Assembly (NCBI RefSeq): GCF_001949145.1
Contig: NW_019091358.1
Location: 806,961 to 870,960 of the forward strand
Length of the DNA: 64,000 nucleotides
From: Acanthaster planci
Taxonomy: Eukaryota
Reading direction: 5' to 3'
Made by a program: the position numbers and the translations under genes. Shown here in pieces: positions 24,501-34,394 of this stretch. How positions within the stretch are numbered: the stretch's first letter is position 1; each line of letters begins with the position of its first letter. The notes below the pieces were generated by a model. That model had not been told where the DNA came from. It saw only the letters and a list, made by a program, of their open reading frames with translations, and did no database searches.

Positions 24501-27006
24501 CGTAAGACTTTGGTTGGACAGCATCCGGCGCCATGCTATCATGAGTGTGGTATTGGTCTCGGGTCACGGGACAGGGTTCAAGCAACTTGTCACCAGTTTC
24601 ATGAAGTGGCAAACAGCAGCGAGCCACCAAATGCTGGGTCTTGGCAAAATCAAATGCAGTAGAGTTAACCACTCTGTGAAAGTAGTGATGGTCATGCTCG
24701 AATTGTGTGTTCGAAGTTTGATTTTGTATTTACATTTATACTCTCTGCAGGAATATCTTTGCGTTATGTATTTGGGCTTTGGGGAAACAGACAGTTTTCA
24801 AAATTGATGTTGACTGCATCAGTTGAGTAGTTTTGTGGCAGCGAGTGGATGTTGAATCTTGAGACAGTCATGACTGTGGTAGAAGTCAAGTCACCTGTGT
24901 ACATATTCACCTGTGGTTTGGGGAGTTGGCGTTTCAGTGTGATGGGGCTGCTGTTTTAGTCGGTATAACGGAAGTTGATTTGGCAGTGGATGGGTACCAC
25001 ATCATCTCGCGGTTATGTTGTCATGTTTATTTTGTCCAGTAGCACAATAACAAGCGCAGCATATGGGTTCCCCGAAGCCTTTGTGTTGCTATAGCCACAA
25101 CCATCGTTTGATGACTGAACTGAATCCTGGTATGCGTCATCTCCGAGACGGAATTGCAGTTGTTTTGTAATGTCTTGACAATATAAAAATCAATTAAGCA
25201 GCCGTCTAATCAGACCTACTGATGAGAGCCTCCTTTGGGGTAGTCCAGCAAAATGGTCAAGATTTACTATCTGAAATGGACCTTTGTTACCTTGTTCAAG
25301 AGTTTGAAAATGTGCATGGAGTGTTGTCACTGAATGCACTGTGGTTGTAGTCTAGTATTGAATTAGCATCAGAGTTACATCTTTGTCCATTTTATACCAT
25401 CAGCAGTCTTGGTATTGGTTTCATTGTAAAGTACATCTTGGAAGGTAAGTTACCCTGTCCAGCTATAGAGCAAAAGGTGTGTGCGTTTTTGTGTCACACT
25501 TGTTAAATTCCAATTGTAAATTTGAAAATTAGAATGGCTGCTTTTCCCTCTAAATTTTGTCTTTCTGCTATTCATTCAAAGCTTTATGTGAAAAATTCCC
25601 TGGTGCGGGTAAGTGACTGCTAGCCATTTCGTGAAGCAGAAAACCCTCATGCCATTCCAGCAGGAACTGCTTATTTGTGCTTTATCCCTCGCTCACAATT
25701 TGCCATATGATTAGTTTTGTATAGATTGATCTGCGTTTTAGGGACACGGGAGCCCCTGAGAAATAAGAACTGCCCGACATAGACTTGCCCTTGCAGGTAC
25801 CTTGCTGTCATGTCCCAAAGATTGAAAGAGATGGCATAGTGTGTGTTAAGTGTTGGGAGTTCCCAGGAAAACAAGATCTTATCTTTGGAGGTCAGCAGCT
25901 CCCCATTTCCTGTAGCCTGGGACTGTTCCCTCTCCTGAGGGTCTGCCACAGTGTAATACTCCCTAGATGCGAACCAAGTGCGGGGTTAAAGTAGAGAAGG
26001 AAAGTAGAGAATGAGGGAAACAACCTTGGGGATAAGTGAGAGTCCTGTTTAATCATTTGCCTGTTGTGACATACCTTGTCTTCCTTGAAGATCATACAGA
26101 CTGGCTGAAGAGGAAGTATGCTAATTGTTGGATGTGCATGTCCATACTGTGTTTTACCTAGTTGAGGTGACATCAGAACCTGTTCTTGATATACTCGGTA
26201 TTAGTCCTAACCCTCCAAGGGCACTTGGCCAGAAAGCCTGCCAGACACCATCAGACTGCATCATTTGTCAAAGCAGCTTGGCTGTCCCCTGTAATAAGAT
26301 CCAACAGGTCAACTCTCCCCAAGGCCAGGCAGCCTGGGAGTCTGTGGTTGCCAGTTACCAGAGGATCCAACAGGACCACCCTCCCCAAGGCCAGACAGCC
26401 TGGAAGTCTGTGGTTGCCAGTTACCAGAAGATCCAACAGTGGCATGGTTCAATGGGACTAGCTCCCATAGTCTCAACACGGCCAGTTTGTTGGGCTGCTG
26501 TTGATTGCCAAGTGCATCAAAGTGCGTCAGATTTCTCCACCTGATGCACTTTGCTGCGTCTGGCAGGGTTTTTTTTTTTCTTTTTAAAGAGCCTGTAGGT
26601 GTAGTTGAACTGAATACGGTCATCTCTTCAGGTGCTGAAGGTAAAGCTTTGCAATCCACAGGGGAACTTGTGCTGCAACACTCTTTGTATTTGAAAAATA
26701 GATTAATTGATACTATGGGATGTGCTTGCGCCCACAGATACTTTGGTGAGGGTAGCCAGTGCGAAACGCCCACCGTGCCGTTCACGCACAAAGCCGCATC
26801 CACACATACATCGGCATCCACCAGACGATTTTATGTCTTCTATACCGAACTGTCCGTCTCATCCCTTAAATCACAACAAAAGACTCAAGTGGAGTAAAAA
26901 CAGACAAGACAACAGCGACAACACCAGAGGGCAGTCAACATGGCGCTCAACGTCAACCGCAACGTCACTGACCAGTTCTACCGCTACAAAATGCCACGGC
27001 TCGTAG
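21559..27006 (+). promoter_or_regulatory. Poor-context overlapping uORF of eIF5, join(21559..21580,26738..27006), 96 codons; internal second uAUG at 26833
   Basis: Both uAUGs sit in TTTATGT (U at -3 and +4). The uORF is out of frame with, and ends 67 nt into, the eIF5 CDS, whose AUG has a strong context (AACATGG). Confidence 0.75.
26298..26439 (+). repeat. 66-bp tandem duplication (2 units plus partial)
   Basis: gatccaacag recurs at 26298, 26364 and 26430; the units share ccccaaggccag.cagcctgg.agtctgtggttgccagttaccaga. Confidence 0.9.
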
Positions 27007-27011
27007 CAAAG
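26940..27011 (+). CDS. EIF5: eIF5 coding exon 1
   Basis: AACATGG start; [24 protein letters not shown]; donor AAG/GTAGGT. Confidence 0.95.
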
Positions 27012-30000
27012 GTAGGTTTGTGGAGGGCACTTGAAGTTTGAAAATATTCCTACGTGGCCACTCCATCACAGAGCTTTAGCCCCCAACCATTATTCAATTA
27101 GTAAATGCAGGAAGGTAGTTAACTTCACCCAGCGGATGATGGATGGCGTCTTTTCATATGCGGCTGGATTAGCGAGCAGCGGAGCTGTGTCGCTCATCAA
27201 TGGGGCCCTGGAGTCCTATTGTCCGCAGTGCTCATCTGCGGATGTGCTATGCCCAAAACAGTGGTGTACCGTTTCAAAACAGTGCCGGATTACCTTCGAA
27301 AAATGGAAGTCGAAAAATGATGGCAATTGCCAGCAGCAGGTCCTTTGTTCAGAGTACAGTCTTTTGTTACACAGACCAGCTCTTTTGTCCGAAACCGGGC
27401 ACCCCGGCTCTGCGTATAAACACACGGTGCTGGAAAGCAGGCACCCCGGCGGGAAGTGTTTAAGATCTCTCTTATAAAGGTTAAAGGTTGAGGCTGTGGT
27501 TTTTAATAGGAACTCGAACATCAATACTTCAGTGATGTTACATATAAGAGATGACTTATGATCAAAAGCCACTGCAGTTATTAACCTTAAAAAGTATGTG
27601 ATATTTTTAAAGTCGTAGCTGGGGGGAGGGGGGATTGCTGATGCTGTTCCCCTTCCCTAAAGATCTCAGTGGCTTATGAGCAATATCTTCGAAATTTGCC
27701 GTGAAATAAATGTAATGTGAGAATATCCTCACCATTTTCTGCCTGGCAGGTGGAGGGCAAAGGCAACGGAATCAAGACAGTCATCTCCAATATGGTGGAG
27801 GTTAGCAAGTGCCTGTCTCGACCACCAACATGTAAGTTCCTTCGAGGACTTGCTCCATTTGCATACTGAAAATCGTGCAGTGGGGGGGGGAGGGGACATG
27901 CTAATATTGATAGCGTAAGCATTGCTGGCCTGTTATGTAACTGTGTCATGTCTGTGATTTGTACTACTCATTCCACAAATCAGTGCTGAAAGTCCTGCTA
28001 GGCTCTCAGGGCTTGTCCCTCTTAGGTGATCAGCGGCAGGCACATCAAGCCCTGACAAGGGCCAAGAGTTACCCTTCAGCCCGAACTCTTGTAACTCTTG
28101 TAGGATTGACGATGGCACCTCAAACTCTTTAAACCTTCCAATGGGGTTTTATGGGGCTTGACAAAGAATGTGGCATTTAGTAGTTTTCTGCACAGGGAAG
28201 GATTTCAAACGATTGAGAAAAGTTTCCAAGCAACTAACCCTACAGAGTTAGGATTACCACTTTTTAACAGAGTAGACTGACTCCATTCTTGTCAACCGTT
28301 AGACGGAATCGCAGTATTAACATTTTGATCAGAAGACTTTGTATTTGCAAGTATCAGTAGAACACCAGTCAACTGCACGGAAGTCGTTTTCAATCTTTAC
28401 AGATCCAACCAAGTTCTTTGGCTGCGAGCTGGGAGCGCAGACTCAATTTGACTTTAAGAATGAGCGCTACATCGTGAATGGTTCCCATGATGTGGCCAAG
28501 CTGCAAGACCTTCTGGATGTTTTCATTAAGAAGTTTGTGCTGTGTCCCGAGTGCGAGAACCCAGAAACTAACTTGGTAAGCCAAAACGTGTGAATGGCTG
28601 CTGCCATAAACCAGACTGTGGAAAGAAGGGTTATATTGACATTTGTGTTGGTCATTGTCTCGCAGGAATCTGGGGAATTCCTTTCAGACATCTTGGGGGG
28701 ATGTGTTCAGTAACAATAGTCTGGAATGTGTATAGGGATTGGACATGTTGGGGGGGTACCCCTCAGTCTCATTTCTTGCTGGGTATATATATTTAAAGCC
28801 TGACCTGAGCAGGAACCAATCCATCGAAATCTGCCTGTATGTCATAGGAAAGAAGGGAAGCTTTGATCCTAGAAGCTTTGAAATGCAGTTGAAATGTTGA
28901 AAATAAACATAAAAAATAGAAATCACTCGGTGAATGGAAAGAAACCTTCCTTGGTAATGACCAGTCGATTCTACTTTAAATTTTCTTACGTTGATAATTC
29001 AACATCAGGGCATTTTTCTGGTCAACAGATTGTAAGAAAAGGAACCATTGGGCAACACTGCGTTGCCTGCGGCCATCAGGGCATGATTGATATGCGGCAC
29101 AGGCTGACCACCTTCATTGTCAAGAACCCACCAGAGCATGACCCCACCTCTATTGGCTCCAGCAAGACGGAGCGTAAGTCCCGCAAGAAGGAGACGTCCA
29201 ATACTAGCCAGAACGGGGACGATGGAATCGATCCACTTGCATTGGTGAGTTGGAGGAATCATGACCCGTTGACAGCGCTTGCGTGACTCCAGTGGGCTTT
29301 TTGATCTATTCCAGTTCCATCCACAAATCTTGGTTCTGACTGAATTGACTTGGAATATCCCAAGCAATCATCCTTTTTTTTCAGGGAGCCTTCCTTGGGG
29401 ATGGGTTAAGATCCGTGTTGATGCAAGTCCCATCTTTCCTTTTGGCAATGACCACTGAAACATTGTCATGGGGAAGGGTCACAATGCTCATACGTGGTAC
29501 CACTGTGAGTGACCAGAAGAAAGTCCTACTTCCTAAGGCCAAAAGGCTAAGGGAAATGGGAACCTCTTTTGGTCACTCAACGGCCGGGGGGGGGAGGCAA
29601 GAACCAGTGACGGAATTATGCCAGTCTTCATGTACTTAATAACACTCTCCTGTCTAAAATAGAAGGAGGAAAAAGGGACTTTTCAAGGTTTAGTAATTCA
29701 TAACCTCCAGAGACTGCTGCAAACACTCAAAAGGTTTTGAATTTCATTCCCTTTCGGGGCAGTGTGCTCCAGACAGGCATCTAGGCCATGCGGATGCAAA
29801 TTTCATGCACGAGCTTATATTTTATGAATACTGTGCGACTTTGGTTTCAGCCAACCAGGATAAAAGAACCGGCAAAAGTTACGTCATGCAAATATGGACC
29901 ACTTCGAGAGGTGCAGTGAAACTGACCTGCCGAGGTGATCTACGTAGCGTACTCTTTTTTTCTGAGGTGAAAAAGGAAACTTGTGCGCTCCATGGGTCAG

Positions 30001-33000
30001 CGAGGGAGGCTAGTTTTACTACGCCAAACAATAAAGCAGTCCTTTTGTTTTATATCACCTCTCCCACAAATTCTGCTTGATTTAAGTGACAGCCGATTAA
30101 TGTAATTTAAGAGCATTTTCGAAATGAGTGGATTTGGTGTAGACTTTGGTTTTGCTGGTTCCAGCCATTTTGAAACATGTTCAAGCTCTGACTGGAACCA
30201 GCGACACTGAAGTCTAAGCCGAATCCACTCGTTTTGAAAAGACTCTAAATATAATTTAAATGTACTTCTCTTTTTCAGTCAGGCATGCAGCTGAGCCGTC
30301 AGAAAAGCACAAAGACATGCAAAACCACTCAGAATTTTGTACAGTATTTGTCACTTTGTGATGGCACACTTGAAAGGCAAAAAATGAGGAAATCAGCTGC
30401 TCCCAGGAAATGTTGCATACCTTTGGAATATGAAATTTATTGAAAATTCACGAGCACTTTTTCTTAACTCTTTGCAAAACATTTCACCCTATTTTTGCTA
30501 GCACTTGGGAATCTGCACAGCGCGCACACCCATATATGCATTTTTTTTACGCATATAGTACTTAGATTGCTAGGGGGTAATACTTTGATATTTAATGGGT
30601 GTGATTCTATTTACTATTGCATAGCAGATGCAATGTGACTAGCTCTCAGCCAATCAAGATACAACGTCAGCGCATGAGATGTATTAAGGTTTTATACAGT
30701 ATCAATCAGTTTGGTTCACTTTGCAGGTCATACCAACATGTGACAGTCAAACACGCATATTGCCAGGAAACTGCTTTATTCAATAATGAATTCCGCATAG
30801 AAATCCACTCTCCACTTTGTTGCACACCTTTTGTTTGTAGAAGGATGACGATGATGACTGGTCCGTGGACACCAGTGAAGATGCCGTCGCTGAGCGCATG
30901 CAGAGCCTGACCAGTGGAGCCAAGGGGATCACCCTCAATGATGACCTGGGCAAGTCTCCCAAAGAACGACTGGATATGTTGTACAATTTTGTCAAGGTAA
31001 ATGGCTTGACTGACCTCCTTTAGCATACTTCAATGTGGATTCTCCCCAGTTGTTTTCCTGAACACATTGCAGGTGACAGCATATCTGTCCTCTTTGGACT
31101 CGTTGATCACAATATGTTAAGGTTGGACATCGACCCGCCATTTTCTTTGGCAGGAGTGCGACAAACTTCAGAAAGTTAACATTAAATCTGCACCTTAAAA
31201 TGTATGTTTGTGACTCAAAACTTCACTCTTTATCGAACACTTCCGAGGGCCCATTCAGCTATGATACACCAAGCTTACTAGGTTTGATTTAATTCAAGAA
31301 ATATGTAAATTAGTCTTCCATTTTGCTGCCACAGTTTCATTGTTTCGCCATGCAGTACTAGCCTTGTCTCAAGGCGTCCATGCGGATTCACAGACTAAAT
31401 ACAATAGTCATATGTGTAAGAACTTGTTTGTGCCTTGATTTCATTGCTAGTACAGTGCACGTGTGAACTTTAACCCTAACAGTCCTGAATCCTCCAATTT
31501 TAATATGATTTCGCACACACCCTAGGGAGTTAGGGTTAATGTACTGCAATGTACCGTACTGCGCTGCTGCGCTGTGCCGGCTGCTGCTGCTCGCATGGGG
31601 CTAAGGCACGCCATAGTGCTTACAAGCATCAGCACAGGTGCAGCGCGGAGAACCCAATCATGTGGTGGCGTGGTACAGTTTAGCATGTTTCCAGTGTAAT
31701 TCGTTCATTAAAAGCAAGCATTTGAAAGGGTTTGGTAGACATTTATTTTTTAGTACTTTGCAGAAAGTTTTCTTTACTTTTTAAGCCATTCTTAGAGAGA
31801 AATTTTGGAAGTTCCGTTTCAAGCAGTGGATTCCGTTCAAAGTGTTAATTCCGCCAATTCCGTCCGTTTGCTGCGATCGCGGAAAATCATTGGCTCTATG
31901 TGTGTTTTGTTAATAGAGTTGATTTTAGTGTCCGTGAAAGTGAAATGCGTGAATGCATGGTGTACGCAACGCACCCCAAAAACATACAGACCGGCATCTT
32001 AAGGGGTTCATTTTTTTTTTTAAGCTAAAATTATCCCCACTCCTGAAAACAAGGAGAACATTTCCACCTCAAACCTCCTTTTTTCATTAACTTTTTGCCT
32101 TGGCAGAACAAGAAAGACCAAGGCAAGTTGGCTGGGGCAGACAAGGAAATCCTAGTGGAGGCAGATCGCCTGGACATCAAGGAGAAAGGGCCCCTCGTCC
32201 TGGCCGAGCTTCTTCTGGATGCAGACATGATGAAACAGCTCACCACTTATCGCCTGCACTTCCTGAGGGTGGGCCTCACCACGTTCTTGCCGCTAAATAT
32301 TACAGAAATTGTAGAAAGATAACTCCGTAAATAAATTCCAGCGGGAAAGGTTTTTTTTTTTAATTGTAGGTTGGAAAGGTTTGCACGAAAAGATCAGACC
32401 CTGTTTGCTTTTGAAATTTGGCTTTTTTTCCCCAGGTAATTTCATCTGGTCTGAAATTTGCAGCACGGTGTGTGATGGATTGTCTTACCTTACGTTGTCT
32501 CTGTACCATCCTTTTGGACAGTTCACCAATGATTCCCACAAGGCCCAGAAGTACCTGCTGGGTGCCTTTGAGCAGCTGTGCAAGGAGTACCAGGACAAAC
32601 TGATGCCCAAGGTGCCCAGCCTCCTCAAGAAGATGTACGACCTGGATCTGCTGGAGGAGGAGGTCCTTCTGTCCTGGGCCAAAAAGGTACGTTCAGTGAA
32701 AGTCTTTCATTTGGCAGGTACGTCTGATGAGTTCTCTCATCACCAAAATCAAGCAATAACAGCTTGCTCAGCAGTACACGTTCAAAACTTTAGAGGGAAG
32801 AAAAAAAGAAATACATGCTGCTAATATGTGGTCTGGTAGTGCTCTAAAAACATATTTATAGAAATATAGGCTTGGAATTTCCTTTCAAATGAGAACCTTT
32901 CAAGTGTTTCTAACAAAAGAGCTTCTGTAAACAGTTAAATCTTTTCAGCCCTATTTACATTCACTGTTTTTGTTAATCAGTTTTGCTAATGGGTGTGTAA

Positions 33001-34394
33001 TGTATCCTTTTCATATGCTAATACATATTTTGATTATACATAGGCAGTAGGTTGTAATTTATGGAGGCCCCATGGAAGCCAGTTACAACTGTTCATGCAC
33101 ACCTCAAGTAAAATTAATGTTATACAGAAATCTGTATGTTTATGTGTAAATGTCAGCTAGACTGGACTCTTAGAAACAGGTGACATAGGTCGTGTCCCTG
33201 GTAGCCTATTTTTACATGGATTTCCAGGGATGCACTTTGTTAATTGTCTGGAATAACAAACTGTGTGGAATTTATGCTTTGGTACTTGACCATGTACAGT
33301 ACATGGGAGTATTTTCAACTTAAGTGGGTTTATGCCATGGGTGATTGCCTCCTCAAAGTGTCCCGTTAGTGGCGTGAATTTGTGAATGCAAACATTGAAA
33401 GCCATTCACAGCCACTTTGAAACACCCTTGTGGTTAATTTACATCCGTATCTCTTCCTCGCTCAGCCTTCCAAGAAGTATGTGTCCAAGGAGATCATGAA
33501 ACAGATCCAAGACAAGGCAGCGCCCTTCATCAAATGGCTTGAGGAGGCAGAAGAAGACGATTCCAGCGAAAATGAAGAAGTTGAGGTGGGTGCGCCATAC
33601 TCGACGAGGAATTGTACCACTGATTCGTTTGCATTCCTGCCTGGTCTTTGCTTCTGTCAACCTCCTCTGGGCACGCTGCATAATACCTAGATGCAGATTG
33701 GCCAAATGCGTGTATCTCAAACATTTGTATTTGTGAATAGCGCGTAATTGAACGTAAACTCAGCAGTGGATGGGGGAAACATTATTTTTCTACTAAGTTG
33801 TGTCTGGTATGATTGAAAGGTGGCATATGCCTTATCTTTTTTTGTTGTCGTTTTGTCCTGTAGGTTCATCTATGTGGGTGCAGGGTGTCCACAGTTTACC
33901 CGGTTTCACTTGAATAGTGTCGCATTCATTTCTGTGTTCATAAAGGAAATGTGACGGCTAGTTATTTTATCCTTTCGCTTTCCTCATCTCTTCTAGTTGT
34001 ATTCAGAGCAGACAAAGATGACAGCCATCAAATGCGCCATCAAATTGACTTTCGTTAAATGTGAACTCAGAGGACAAAATTCTGTTAGAACAACTTAATC
34101 ATGGATGTTTGCATTACATATTATTGCTATAAGATTTGGATAGAACGAACATTTAGTCATGGTCCTGCAGATCTCGTGCTAACGATGTCTTCAGATGCAC
34201 TGTGAAGAGGCACGCCCAGGTAATTTGTGACCATGTTGCATTGTTTGATTTGTCCCATTGCACAGGTTGCGTTCACGGGCAGCCGCGATTCCCAGCTGAA
34301 GGTGGAGACCATCTCCCCGCCGGCCAAGACATCCGAGGCTCCTGTAGCCAAATCCGCACCAGCTGAAGACGATATTGACATCGACGACATCTGA
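26940..34394 (+). CDS. EIF5: Eukaryotic translation initiation factor 5, join(26940..27011,27750..27831,28403..28575,29029..29244,30841..30996,32107..32268,32522..32686,33466..33585,34266..34394), 424 aa
   Basis: N-terminus [34 protein letters not shown] with the GAP Arg15; [18 protein letters not shown]; zinc ribbon CPEC..CVAC; W2 domain ([27 protein letters not shown]); C-terminal DDIDIDDI. All nine exons are GT-AG with matching phases, 1275 nt in total. Confidence 0.97.
27750..27831 (+). CDS. EIF5: eIF5 coding exon 2
   Basis: [27 protein letters not shown]; cag/ and /gtaagt. Confidence 0.95.
28403..28575 (+). CDS. EIF5: eIF5 coding exon 3
   Basis: [27 protein letters not shown]; /gtaagc. 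Confidence 0.95.
29029..29244 (+). CDS. EIF5: eIF5 coding exon 4
   Basis: [28 protein letters not shown]; /gtgagt. Confidence 0.93.
30116..30240 (+). other. 49-bp RNA hairpin in eIF5 coding intron 4
   Basis: 30116-30164 pairs ungapped with 30192-30240: 40 Watson-Crick, 7 G.U, 2 mismatches. Confidence 0.8.
30841..30996 (+). CDS. EIF5: eIF5 coding exon 5
   Basis: [47 protein letters not shown]; /gtaaat. Confidence 0.93.
31470..31539. mobile_element. TTAA-flanked mini element (CCCTAAC..GTTAGGG); siblings at 2442-2500, 52267-52336 and 54072-54132
   Basis: TTAA-CCCTAAC ... GTTAGGG-TTAA termini recur at several loci. Confidence 0.6.
32107..32268 (+). CDS. EIF5: eIF5 coding exon 6
   Basis: [32 protein letters not shown]. 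Confidence 0.93.
32522..32686 (+). CDS. EIF5: eIF5 coding exon 7
   Basis: [35 protein letters not shown] (W2 AA-box 1). Confidence 0.95.
33466..33585 (+). CDS. EIF5: eIF5 coding exon 8
   Basis: [26 protein letters not shown] (W2 AA-box 2). Confidence 0.95.
34266..34394 (+). CDS. EIF5: eIF5 coding exon 9 (stop)
   Basis: [23 protein letters not shown]; acceptor ttgcacag. Confidence 0.93.
   Translation, partial: VAFTGSRDSQLKVETISPPAKTSEAPVAKSAPAEDDIDIDDI

Noticed and set aside
25219..25274. TGATGA..CTGA as a C/D snoRNA or hammerhead
   Set aside because: Short for a snoRNA, with no terminal stem or recognisable guide, and no GAAA after stem II
29537..29551. Complementarity to the U2 snRNA 5' region (GCCAAAAGGC) as a scaRNA guide
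   Set aside because: No adjacent D box, and the sequence is explained by local hairpin pairing
29663..29692. Possible 30-nt in-frame eIF5 micro-exon ([10 protein letters not shown])
   Set aside because: Weak splice sites; exons 4 and 5 already join in phase and give a normal-length protein
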